From Tepidisphaeraceae bacterium (GTDB lineage: Bacteria; Planctomycetota; Phycisphaerae; Tepidisphaerales; Tepidisphaeraceae), in the NCBI GenBank assembly GCA_036558265.1, contig DATBFY010000088.1, positions 1 through 59,982 on the forward strand: 59,982 nt of DNA, given 5' to 3'. The position numbers and the translations under genes were made by a program. Every line of letters starts with the position of its first letter. Positions within the stretch are counted from its first letter, which is position 1. Of this stretch, positions 40,851-51,200 are shown one piece after another. Below the pieces are notes generated by a model. That model saw only the letters and a program-made list of their open reading frames with translations, was not told the origin of the DNA and did not search any database.

Positions 40851-43304
40851 GTGAAACTGAATCGATTCGCGGCAAGAAAACTCCTCCGTGCGGTTTTTCC
40901 GGCGCTGGCGGCGATGACGCTGCCCGCCGCCGTTTCCCTCGCCCAGGCGCGCCTGCCCACCGGAACAGCGCCGGCCGCCGCCGCCGCCCCGACCACCGCC
41001 CCCAATGCCAATCTTGCCTCGCCCGCGGTACAGCAACTCAAGGGCCGCACCGTTGAGGACGTGCGGGTGCTGGGGAACAACGCGGTGTCGACCGCCACGA
41101 TCCGGAACCTGATTCGAACGCGTGAGGGCGAGCCCTTCGACCCGGCGACGGTCGAGGAGGATTACCAGCGTGTCTACGGGCTGCGGAAGTTCGCGAACGT
41201 CGAGGCGCGGGTCGAGCCGACGGCGACGGGCGTGATCGCGATCTTTCAGGTCACCGAGCAGAAACAGATCAAGAGCATCGTCTTCCGGGGGAATGCCGCC
41301 CTCGATAACGACGTGCTCAAGGACGCGATCGACATCAAGGCGGGGGAGTCGATCGATCGCTTTCGCATCAACCTCGCCCGCCAGAACCTCGAGCGCCTTT
41401 ACAAGGACAAGAATCACCCGTTCGCCCACGTGGACGTCGATCCGGACGCGCTGACGAAGGGCGACGTGGTGTTCAAGATTACGGAAGGTCCGAGCGTTCG
41501 CGTCCGGCGCGTGCAGATGCTGGGCAACCATTCGTTCACGGACGACAAGCTCAAGGATCAGATCAAGACGCGGCACTGGATCTGGATTTTCCGCCCCGGG
41601 ACCTACGACCCCGACCAGATCGAGGAGGACGTCGCCTCGCTGCGCAAGTGGTACGAGGACCACGGGTTCTTCGACGTGCGCGTGGGCCGGAAGATCACCT
41701 GGTCGCCGGACCAGTCCGAGGTCATGGTCACGTTCCTGATCGAGGAGGGCCCGCGCTACAAGGTGGATCACGTCACGTTCAAGGGCAACACCACGGTTTC
41801 GGAGACCGCGCTGCGGAAGAACATGAAGCTGCTCGAGGGCCGCTATTACGACGCCGAGGCGATGCGCCGCGACGTGCGCGCCATCGTCCGCGCGTACAGC
41901 CCGTACGGCTTCATCTACCAGCCCAACGAGACGGACAAGGAGAAGGCGAAGGACTACCTCCAGGTCGAGCCCAAGCCGGTGCTGCGCAAGGAGGCGGGCG
42001 CGGTGGGGCTGGTGTACGACATCACCGAGGGCAAGCCGTTCCGGATCGGTCGGATCCGGGTGCGCGGCAACGAGAAGATCCAGGACAAGGTGTTCCTGCG
42101 CGAAATGCGGGTTTCCTCCGGGCAGCTTTACAACTCAGGCGAGATCCAGGACGCGGCGGATCGGATCCGCGGGACGCGCCTGGTGTCGAACGTCCAGATC
42201 ACGCCGATCGGCGACGACCCCAGCACGCGCGATCTGCTGGTGGAGGTTCAGGAGACGCAGACGGCGTTCTTCCTCGTGGGCGCGGGCATCACGTCTAACG
42301 CGGGTTTGCTGGGCAACATCAGCTACGAGCAGCGCAACTTCGACATCACGAACTGGCCGGCGAGCTTCGACGAGTTTTTCAGCCGGCGCGCGTTCACGGG
42401 GGCGGGGCAGTATTTCCGGATCCTGCTCGAGCCGGGCACGGAGCAGACCCGCGCGCGGGTGACGTTCGAGGAACCGTGGATGTTCGACCAGCCGTACAGC
42501 TTTCGCTCGGACCTGTACTACTCGACGCGGCAGCGCGAAGACTGGGACGAGACTCGCGGCGGCGGGCAATTGACGCTGGGGCACCGGTTCACGAACGAGG
42601 TTTCGGCGCGCGTGAGCCTGCGGGGGGAAGACGTGTTCATCCACGCGATCGACGACCCGTTCCACCGCGCACCGGAAATCGTGGCCGCAAAGGGACATCA
42701 CACGCTGACCAGCCTGGGCCTGGCGGGGCGCTGGGACACGACCGATAACCGCATCCTGCCCAGCCGGGGGTTCATCCTGGACGGCGCGTACGAGTACGCG
42801 GGCGCGATGGGGGGCGAGTACGACTTTCACAAGTTCACGCTGGGGTTCAACTACTTCAAGACAATTAATGAAGATCTGCTGGAGCGCAAGACGATCCTGA
42901 GTTACCGCGCGGACGCGGGCTACATCACCGGCGACGCGCCGTTCTTCGAACGGTTTTACGCCGGTGGTCTGGGGAGCGTCCGCGGCTTCCGCTACCGGGG
43001 CATCAGCCCCCGGTCGGGTTCGGACGAAGACCCTGTCGGGGGGAACTTCAGCCTCACGGGCTCGATCGAGCTCAACTTTCCGATCGCCAGTGACATGATC
43101 CGCGGGGTGGTCTTCGCGGACGCCGGAACCGTCGAGTCCGACTTCCGCCTGGGGACCATCCGCACGGCGGTGGGCTTCGGCGTGCGGCTGACGCTGCCGA
43201 TCTTCGGGCAACTTCCACTCGCGCTCGACTTCGGCATCCCGATCACCAAGGACGATCAGGACGACACCCGCTTTATCAGCTTTTCACTCGGTTTCGTGCA
43301 ATGA
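40851..43304 (+). CDS. bamA: outer membrane protein assembly factor BamA
   Basis: The GTG at 40851 gives the signal peptide 'VKLNRFAARKLLRAVFPALAAMTLPAAVSLAQA'. POTRA-like units ('VEDVRVLGNNAVSTATIRNLIRTREGEPF', 'IKSIVFRGNAALDNDVLKDAI', 'VDHVTFKGNTTVSETALRKNM', 'IGRIRVRGNEKIQDKVFLREM'). Omp85 barrel ('FYAGGLGSVRGFRYRGISP', 'VVFADAGT'). The start codon is uncertain. Confidence 0.88.
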   Translation: MKLNRFAARKLLRAVFPALAAMTLPAAVSLAQARLPTGTAPAAAAAPTTAPNANLASPAVQQLKGRTVEDVRVLGNNAVSTATIRNLIRTREGEPFDPATVEEDYQRVYGLRKFANVEARVEPTATGVIAIFQVTEQKQIKSIVFRGNAALDNDVLKDAIDIKAGESIDRFRINLARQNLERLYKDKNHPFAHVDVDPDALTKGDVVFKITEGPSVRVRRVQMLGNHSFTDDKLKDQIKTRHWIWIFRPGTYDPDQIEEDVASLRKWYEDHGFFDVRVGRKITWSPDQSEVMVTFLIEEGPRYKVDHVTFKGNTTVSETALRKNMKLLEGRYYDAEAMRRDVRAIVRAYSPYGFIYQPNETDKEKAKDYLQVEPKPVLRKEAGAVGLVYDITEGKPFRIGRIRVRGNEKIQDKVFLREMRVSSGQLYNSGEIQDAADRIRGTRLVSNVQITPIGDDPSTRDLLVEVQETQTAFFLVGAGITSNAGLLGNISYEQRNFDITNWPASFDEFFSRRAFTGAGQYFRILLEPGTEQTRARVTFEEPWMFDQPYSFRSDLYYSTRQREDWDETRGGGQLTLGHRFTNEVSARVSLRGEDVFIHAIDDPFHRAPEIVAAKGHHTLTSLGLAGRWDTTDNRILPSRGFILDGAYEYAGAMGGEYDFHKFTLGFNYFKTINEDLLERKTILSYRADAGYITGDAPFFERFYAGGLGSVRGFRYRGISPRSGSDEDPVGGNFSLTGSIELNFPIASDMIRGVVFADAGTVESDFRLGTIRTAVGFGVRLTLPIFGQLPLALDFGIPITKDDQDDTRFISFSLGFVQ

Positions 43305-43406
43305 ACGGGTGCGCGCCCCATCGACAAACGTCGCGCCGCCACGTATCAACGTCGGATTTGCCCGCTTAACACTGAACGTTATCGCATCGCGAAAGGAAGT
43401 CTCACC

Positions 43407-44009
43407 ATGATCTCACGCCGATCGCTCTGTTGGATTGCCGTCTGCTGCCTGGGCGTCGCGGCGCTGCCCGCACGGCGCGCCGTTGCGCAGGACTCCCCGC
43501 GGATCGCCACGGTCAATCCCGCAAAGGTGTTCAACGAAATGCAGGAGACCAAGGACCTCAAGCAGAAGATGGAGGCCGACCGCAAGACCATCACCGACGA
43601 AGGACAGCGGCGCGCCAAGGAGGTCGAGGACGCCAAGCAGCGGCGCGGCCTCTTCAACGAGGGCACGGACGATTTCAACAAGGCGAACAAGGAATACCTC
43701 GAGAAGGTGATCGCCGCCCAGGCCTGGCAGGAACTGATCAAGGCGGACCTGCAGCGCCAGCAGAAGTCGCAGATGAAGTCGCTGTTCGAGAAGATCGAGC
43801 AGGCGACCAAGGAGGTCGCCGAGGCGCGCAAGCTCGACATCGTCATCGTCGAGCAGAAGACGGATCTCCCGGCGGACCTGGACCAGATCAACGTCGACCA
43901 GCTCCGCGGGTTGATCAACCAGCGGACGGTCCTCTACAACAACGGGAAGTTCGACATTACCAACGAGGTCTTGCAGCGCGTGGACGAGAAGTACAAGACC
44001 AAGAAGTAA
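43407..44009 (+). CDS. skp: periplasmic chaperone Skp/OmpH
   Basis: SD AAAGGAAG upstream. Signal 'CWIAVCCLGVAALPARRAVAQ', 'IATVNPAKVFNEMQETKDLKQKME', coiled-coil Lys/Glu/Gln-rich body. Classic position between bamA and lpxD. Confidence 0.88.
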   Translation: MISRRSLCWIAVCCLGVAALPARRAVAQDSPRIATVNPAKVFNEMQETKDLKQKMEADRKTITDEGQRRAKEVEDAKQRRGLFNEGTDDFNKANKEYLEKVIAAQAWQELIKADLQRQQKSQMKSLFEKIEQATKEVAEARKLDIVIVEQKTDLPADLDQINVDQLRGLINQRTVLYNNGKFDITNEVLQRVDEKYKTKK

Positions 44010-44107
44010 CCCCAGGGGGGAGGTCCCCTCCCCCGACGATCCGCAGCAACCGATTGCCGACGGCGCCACCCGCGCGGTCGGCAATCGCTTTTCGGGAATC
44101 GGCAACC

Positions 44108-45160
44108 ATGACGCCAAAACCGCTCGCCGAAATCGCCCGCCTCCTCAACGTCGCGCCACCGGCTGACGCCTCGGCGATCGCCATTACGGGCCTGGCGATG
44201 CTGGACGAGGCTTTGCCGACCGAGCTTTCATTCCTGGGCGACAAGCGCTACCTTCCGCAGTTCAAGGCCACCCGGGCGGCGGCCGTCATCGTCCAGAAGC
44301 GCGTGGAGTTGCCCCCCGACGTGAAGACGCCCGTGCTGGTCGTCGACGACGCCGACCTGGCGACGGCGAAGGTGGCTGGTCTCTTCGCACCCCCGGTGCG
44401 TCGTCCCTCGCCGGGAGTTGATCCGTCCGCGCGCGTCGCCGCCACCGCCGTCCTGGGCGAGGGTGTGGCGGTCGGCCCCAATGTCCAGATCGGTGAGCGC
44501 GCCCGCATCGGCGCGCGCACGGTCCTTCATGCCAACGCGTACGTCGGCGACGACACCACGCTGGGCGACGACTGCGAGTTCTTCCCCAACGTCGTCATCC
44601 GCGAACGCTGCGCGGTGGGTCACCGTGTCACGATCCACGCCGGCTCGGTCATCGGCTCGGACGGCTTCGGCTATCGCTGGGACGGCACCAAGCACGCGAA
44701 GATTCCGCAGATCGGCACCGTGATCATCGAGGACGACGTGGAGATCGGCTCATGCGTCTGCATCGACCGCGCCAAGCTCTCCAGCACCCGCGTGGGACGG
44801 GGAACAAAGATCGATAACCTCGTGCAGGTCGGGCATAACGTTCAGATCGGGCCTCATTGCATCGTGGTTGGGCAGGCGGGGCTGGCCGGTTCGGTGACGC
44901 TGGGCGTTGGAGTGGTCCTGGGCGGGCAGTCTGCCGTGCGCGATCATATTCACATGGGGGATGGTTCGATGCTGGCCGCGTGCTCTGGTGCGGCGGAGGA
45001 TGTCGAGCCCAAGCAGATCGTGTCCGGGCTTCCTGCGATCCCGCACCGCCAGACCCTCCGAGAACAGGCCGCCCTCCGGCGCCTGCCTGAGCTGGTTACC
45101 CATGTTCGCAAGCTCCAGGAGGAGCTCGATCAACTCAAAAAGTCCCTCCTAAACCCATAG
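44108..45160 (+). CDS. lpxD: UDP-3-O-acylglucosamine N-acyltransferase
   Basis: ATG at 44108 (MTPKPLAEIARLL). 'LSFLGDKRYLPQF', long hexapeptide-repeat region ('IGERARIGARTVLHANAYVGDDTTLGDDCEFFPNVVI'), 'GSDGFGY', 'IPQIGTVIIEDDVEIG'. The upstream part of track ORF 43430..45160 is an off-frame read-through of skp. Confidence 0.92.
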   Translation: MTPKPLAEIARLLNVAPPADASAIAITGLAMLDEALPTELSFLGDKRYLPQFKATRAAAVIVQKRVELPPDVKTPVLVVDDADLATAKVAGLFAPPVRRPSPGVDPSARVAATAVLGEGVAVGPNVQIGERARIGARTVLHANAYVGDDTTLGDDCEFFPNVVIRERCAVGHRVTIHAGSVIGSDGFGYRWDGTKHAKIPQIGTVIIEDDVEIGSCVCIDRAKLSSTRVGRGTKIDNLVQVGHNVQIGPHCIVVGQAGLAGSVTLGVGVVLGGQSAVRDHIHMGDGSMLAACSGAAEDVEPKQIVSGLPAIPHRQTLREQAALRRLPELVTHVRKLQEELDQLKKSLLNP

Positions 45161-45266
45161 AATCTGATCAATCTCGCGCAAAGGCCCGTGAATTGAGTTG
45201 GGAATGGCGAGCGAGACCTTTATATTAAGTTAACAATTGGGGCCGGTAGAGCATTGAGGGTCGGCG

Positions 45267-48200
45267 GTGGCGTGCGCGCCATCGCACGTTGTCTACATCA
45301 CTGAGGGCGTTTACACCGTGGCGAAGAGTAATCGGGCGTCAAGGGCAAAGGATCGGGACCGCCGCTCAAGCCGCGCGCGGGGAACGGGCATCGAGCGGCT
45401 TGAACCGCGCCTCTTACTGGCCGCGGACCCGGTCATTACCGAGTTCATGGCCAGCAACGGCGTATCGCTTGCGGACGGGAACGGCGATCATCCGGACTGG
45501 ATCGAGATCCAGAACAAGGGGGATGCCGCCGTGAACCTGCTCGGCTGGCATCTGACAGACGATCCGACCAAGCTCGACAAATGGACGTTCCCGGCCAGGA
45601 CACTCAACGCCGGACAATTCCTGGTGGTCTTCGCGTCGGGGAATGACAGCCCCGACCCCGCGGGCAACCTGCACACGAACTTCACGCTCGATGCCGACGG
45701 CGAATACCTGGCGCTGACGCGGCCGAACCTTTCCGTGGCGACCGAGTTCGGGTCGGCCGGGACGAACTATCCGAAGCAAATTGAGGACGTGTCGTACGGA
45801 CCGGGAACGATCCTGGATCAGCAGACGGTGCTGGGGCCGGGGAATTCCGCCAAAGCTTTCGTGCCGACGAATAGCGCGCTGGACGATCAGCGCTGGACGT
45901 CGCCGACGTTCGACGATTCGGCGTGGGGATCGGGGACGACGGGGGTGGGTTTCGACACGGGCGGGGTCGAGGACGTGCAGCCGCCGCCCGTGCTCAAGTC
46001 GCGCTGGTCGGCGGACGATCTGGCCGCATCGGTCGGCGGCGGGCAGACGATCACGTCGTGGACCGATCCGGTCGGCGGGAAGACGGCCGCCGGGTCGGGC
46101 AAGCCGGTCTTCCAGACCAATGTGATCAACGGTCACGCGGTCGTGCGCTTCAATCCGGCGGATGGGACTGACCAGTTGCGCGTGACGGCGGCGAACAGCC
46201 CGATGTCCGGCGCGGAGGACTACACGATCGTCGTGGTGTTCCGCACCGCCACCGCGGGCGTGGGCGGCGCCGGCCAATGGACGCAGAATACCGGGATCGT
46301 GGACGCGACGCAGTCGGGATCGACTGCCGACTGGGGCCTGGCGATCAACTCGAGCGGGCAAATCGGCGCGGGGCTGGGCGGTCCCGACGTGACGACTTAT
46401 TCGTCCGGCGGGCTGGCGAACGGCGCCGCCCACGTCGCGGTTTACACGCGGGTGGACGACACGGTCCGTCTCTTCGTGGACGGGGGCGACGGTACGGCCA
46501 CCGCGGGGTCGGCGACGGCGCGCAACGCCGCCGACATGGTGTTCGGATCTCTGCAAACCAACGCGAACTACTTCAATGGCGATATCGCCGAGGTCGACGT
46601 CTACCAGGGAGGTGTGGATACCGCGACCGCTTACGCGCTGGCGGGACAGCTCGGGTCGAAGTACGCGATCACGGTGACCGCGCCTTCTCCCGTCGCACCG
46701 CAACCGGCGGTCATCGCCAAGTGGACGGCGGACGACCTCAATACCCAGGCCGACAACACGGTGGTCAATACGTGGGTCAGCTCGGTCGGGTCGGCGTCGG
46801 CGAGTCATACGGGCAGCCCGAAGCTGGAGAAAAACCAGCTAAACGGGCATTCGGTGATCCGTTTTGACCCGTCGGATGGGAACGATCAGTTGCGGATTGC
46901 CGCGGCGAGCAGCCCGATGGCGGGGCGCGGGGATTTCTCGCTCGCCGTCGTCTTCCGCACCAGCACTCCCGGCGTCGGCGCCGCAACCCAGTGGTATAAT
47001 AACACTGGAATCGTGGACGGTGAGATCGGCGGCGTCACCAACGACTGGGGGCTGGTCGTCAACGGCAGCGGCCAGGTCGGCGCGGGGCTGGGCAACCCGG
47101 ACGCGACTCTCTACTCCAACAACGGGCAGGCGAACGGGCAAGCGCACGTGGCGGTCTACACGCGCCGCGGCGCATCATATGAGTTGTCGATCGACGGCGG
47201 CGTGGCGTACTCGGGAACGGGCGCGACCGCCGCGCGCACCTCCGCCGACATGGTCTTCGGCTCGCTTCAGACCAACATCAACTACTACAAGGGCGACATC
47301 GCCGAGGTGCAGGTTTACGGAGGGGCGCTGGACACGGGGGGCGTGGCGCAGCTTGCGGGACAGTTGGCGGCCAAGTACGGCGTGGCGCTGGCGCCCGCGC
47401 CCTACGATCCGCTGATCGGCCTGGATCTTCAGACCGCGATGTCCGGGCAGGCGACCAGCGCGTACGTCCGCGTGCCGTTCACCGTGGACGACCCTGCCGC
47501 GTACGACCGGCTGACCCTGCGGATGCGATATGACGACGGCTTCATCGCCTACCTGAACGGCGTAGAGGTCGCGCGGCGGAACGCGCCGATTGGCGGCGTC
47601 GGTTTCACCTCGGCGGCGATCGCGGTCCGCGCCGACTCGGCCGCGCTGACGCCCGAGGACATCGACATCTCGTCCTTCGCCAGCCTGCTCAGGGGGGGCG
47701 GCGCAACCAACGTGCTGGCGATCCATGCGCTCAATTCGGGCGTCAACGATCCCGACCTCCTGGTGATCCCCGAACTCGTGCTCGCCAAGAGCACCAGCGG
47801 CAACGCCTATTTCGCCACGCCGACGCCCGGAACCGCCAACGGCAACGGCTATCTCGACTACGTGCGCGACGTGAAGTTCAGCGTGGACCGCGGCATCTAC
47901 AACAACCCGTTCACGGTCGACCTGACCACCTCAACGCCGGGCGCCACGATCGTCTACACGACCGACGGCAGCGTGCCGACGCTCGACAACGGCACCGTCG
48001 TCAACGCCGCCGACGCCAACACTCCACCCATCGCTCACGTGAACGTCGCCACGACGACGGTGCTGCGGGCGACGGCGTTCAAGAACACATTGCTGCCCAC
48101 CAACGTCGATACCAGCTCGTACATCCTGATTTCCAGCGTGCTCACCCAGAAGAACGTCGCGCCGTCCGGCGCCTACTGGGACACCGAGGTCGATCCCAAC

Positions 48201-51200
48201 GTGGTGAACGCGACGCAGACCTACTCGGTCACGCAAGCGCTCACGGCCGTGCCGACGATCTCGCTGGTGCTGCCGGACGCGGATATGTTCGGCCCGGGCG
48301 GCCTCTACGCCAACCCCCTCTCCAAGGGCCCGGCGTGGGAGCGCGAGACCTCGGTCGAGTACTTCGACCCCAATAATCCCACGTCCGAATTCCAGCTCGA
48401 CGCCGGCATCCGCATCCAAGGCGGTGTCGACCGCGACCCCAGCCGACCGAAGAAGTCTTTCCGGATCTTCTTCCGCAACGAGTACGGCGCGGGGAAGTTG
48501 AACTTCCCGATCCTGGGCAGCGATTACCCCGTGTCGAGCTTCGACACGCTGATCCTCAAGGGTGGGCACAATTACAACTGGGCCAATGCGGGCGGCACGC
48601 CCGTGGCGCGCGGCGATTACCTGCGGGACGAGTTCGCCCGTCGCACGCAGGCGGCGCTGACCGGCACGTCCGCCCAGGGAACGTTCGTCCAACTCTACAT
48701 CAATGGCCTGTATTGGGGGCAGTACGGCGTCACCGAGGAACCGGACGAGTCCTGGGCAGCGGCGCACATGGGTGGAGACAAGAGCGATTACGACGTGATC
48801 CAGCCCAACGTGGACGGCAGCCTGTCGCTGCTCTCGGGCGACTTCACGGCGTGGAACACGATGTTCAGCACCGCCGACTCGGCGATGGCGAACGACAACA
48901 CGATCGACAACACCGAGTACGGCAACATCAGGAAGTACGTCGATGTGGACAACCTCATCGACTACATGATGAGCATCATCTACCGCGGCGACCAGGACGC
49001 CCCGACGCTCATCGGCAATGGGGTCCAGCCGCGAAACTTCTACGCGATCCGGAAGCGCGCCGGCGGGTTGTTTCAGTTCCAAACCTGGGATGGCGAGATC
49101 AGCCTCGAGACGACGACCGCCGACCGCACGGAGACGGCCGGCAACTTCAACCCGGCGCGGCTTTACCAGCAGCTCCGCACGAACGCGGAGTTCCGCCAGC
49201 TCGTGGCGGATCACGTCTACAAGGATTTTTTCAACGGTGGCCCTCTGTCGGAGCAGGCGACGGCCGATCGTTATCGCCAGTTGATGCAGATGATCGACGT
49301 GTCGATCGTCGGTGAATCGGCGCGGTGGGGGGACGCCAAGCGCGAGCCCGCCGCGATGCGCGACACCGACTGGCTGACCGAGACCGGCTGGCTCTTGAAC
49401 ACCTACTTCCCGCAGCGCACCGGGATCGTGTTCAACCAGCTCAAGAACGATTTCGCGATGCTGGCGGTCGCGCCGCCGCAGGTGAAGGTCAACGGCCAGG
49501 CCCAGCACGGCGGGAACGTGAATCCCGGCGACTCGCTGACTTTCGTGGACCCCAACACGACCGGCGGCGGGACGATCTATTACACGATCGACGGCTCGGA
49601 TCCGCGCGTGGCGGGCGGCGGCGTCTCGGCGAGCGCCAGGCTCTACACCGGCGCGTTCGCCATCAATCAGAATCTGACCGTCAAGATGCGGATCAGGAAC
49701 GGAACCACCTGGTCCGCCATCGACGTCGTCGATTTCACCATCCACACACTCGCGGCCTCGGGGAACCTGGTCGTCAGCGAGATCAACTATAACCCCGCTG
49801 ACCCGACCCCGGCGGAACTGGCGGTCAATCCCGCGTTCACGGCCGACGATTTCGAGTTCGTCGAGCTGCTGAACACGGGAAATAAGACCGTCGATCTGCT
49901 CAACGCGCACTTCGATCAGGGCGTGTCGTTCAACTTCGGCAACACGTCGATCGCACCGGGACAGCGGGCGGTGCTGGTCAGAAACGCGTCGGCGTTCCAG
50001 GCCCGCTACGGCTCGTCCATCCCGATCGCCGGCGTCTATTCCGGCACGCTGTCGGACGGTGGCGAGCCGTTGCGCCTTCGCGCCGCGAACAGCGCGATCA
50101 TCGATGGCTTCACGTATGACAACTCGGGCGCCTGGCCCGGTCGCGCCGACGGCAAGGGCTCCACGCTCGAGCTGATCTCGCCGACGGCCGACGTCAACGA
50201 CCCGGCCAACTGGCGCTCGAGCTACGAGTACGGAGGCACGCCGGGATCCGCCGGCGTCGGGCCGCAGGACGACGTGGTCGTCAACGAGGTCCTCAGCAAC
50301 ACCGACGCGACCGCCAAAGACGCGATCGAGCTGCACAACACCACCACGGCCGACATCGACCTCTCGGGCTGGTTTCTCTCCGACTCCAGCAACAACTATC
50401 GCAAGTTCCGTATCCCCGACGGCACGATGCTCCCCGCCGGTGGTTATCTGGTATTCGACGAAGACGATTTCAACCCCACGCCTGCGGCTCCCGGCCCGAA
50501 CGACTTCGCCCTCGACGGCGCTCACGGCGACGACGTCTGGCTGCTCAAGGCGGCGCCGGGCAACGGCCTACTCCTCGCGTTTGCCGATTCGGTTCACTTC
50601 GACGCCGCGCCGGTCGGCGTCTCACTCGGCCGCTGGCCCGACGCGACCGGCAAGCTCTACCCGATGACGACGCCCACGCTCGGGGCGTCGAACAGCGGGC
50701 CGCGCATCGGACCCGCGATCATCAGCGAGATCATGTATCACCCGGTCGGGGCCACGACGAACGAAGACCTGCAGTACATCGAGGTGCAGAACGTCACCGA
50801 CACGGCGCTCGACGTGTCCGGTTGGCGGTTCGACAACGGCATCGACTTCAGCTTCCCGGCGGGGACCGTGCTCGCGGCACATGAGCCGATCGTCGTGGTT
50901 CACTTCGATCCGGCCGACGCGACACGGCTTGCTGCGTTCCGGTCGGCCTACGGCATCGATGCGGGCGTCCGCATCGTCGGCCCCTGGTCGGGGACGCTCT
51001 CCGACATCGGCGAGACCGTGCGGCTGGCGCGCCCCGATGCGCCTCCCGCCACCGATCCGACGTTTACGCCTTTCGTCCTGGTGGAAGAAGTTGCTTACGA
51101 TTCGGCCGCCCCCTGGCCGACGGGTGCGGCAACCGGTGCCGGCCAGGCGCTTGCCCGCCTGTCCCGCGCGACCTGGGGCGATGATCCGACCAACTGGGCC

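Noticed and set aside
40561-40854. 97-aa ORF in the VWA-bamA spacer
   Set aside because: It merely translates the inverted repeat and the REP-like hairpin ('GPLPEYRERGK') and runs into the bamA leader. It has no SD and no coding-like composition.
43430-44107. N-terminal extension of the lpxD ORF (track ORF 43430..45160)
   Set aside because: It is an off-frame read-through of skp ('...RRGAARTARRCAGLPADRHG...'). lpxD has a proper ATG at 44108, and the LpxD N-terminal domain begins there.
47931-50525. 864-aa ORF antisense to the CotH/LTD giant gene; likewise 53066..55051 (+, 661 aa) antisense to the beta-helix giant gene
   Set aside because: These are shadow ORFs inside very long, domain-rich genes. 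The products are Arg/Val/Asp/Gly-rich without motifs.
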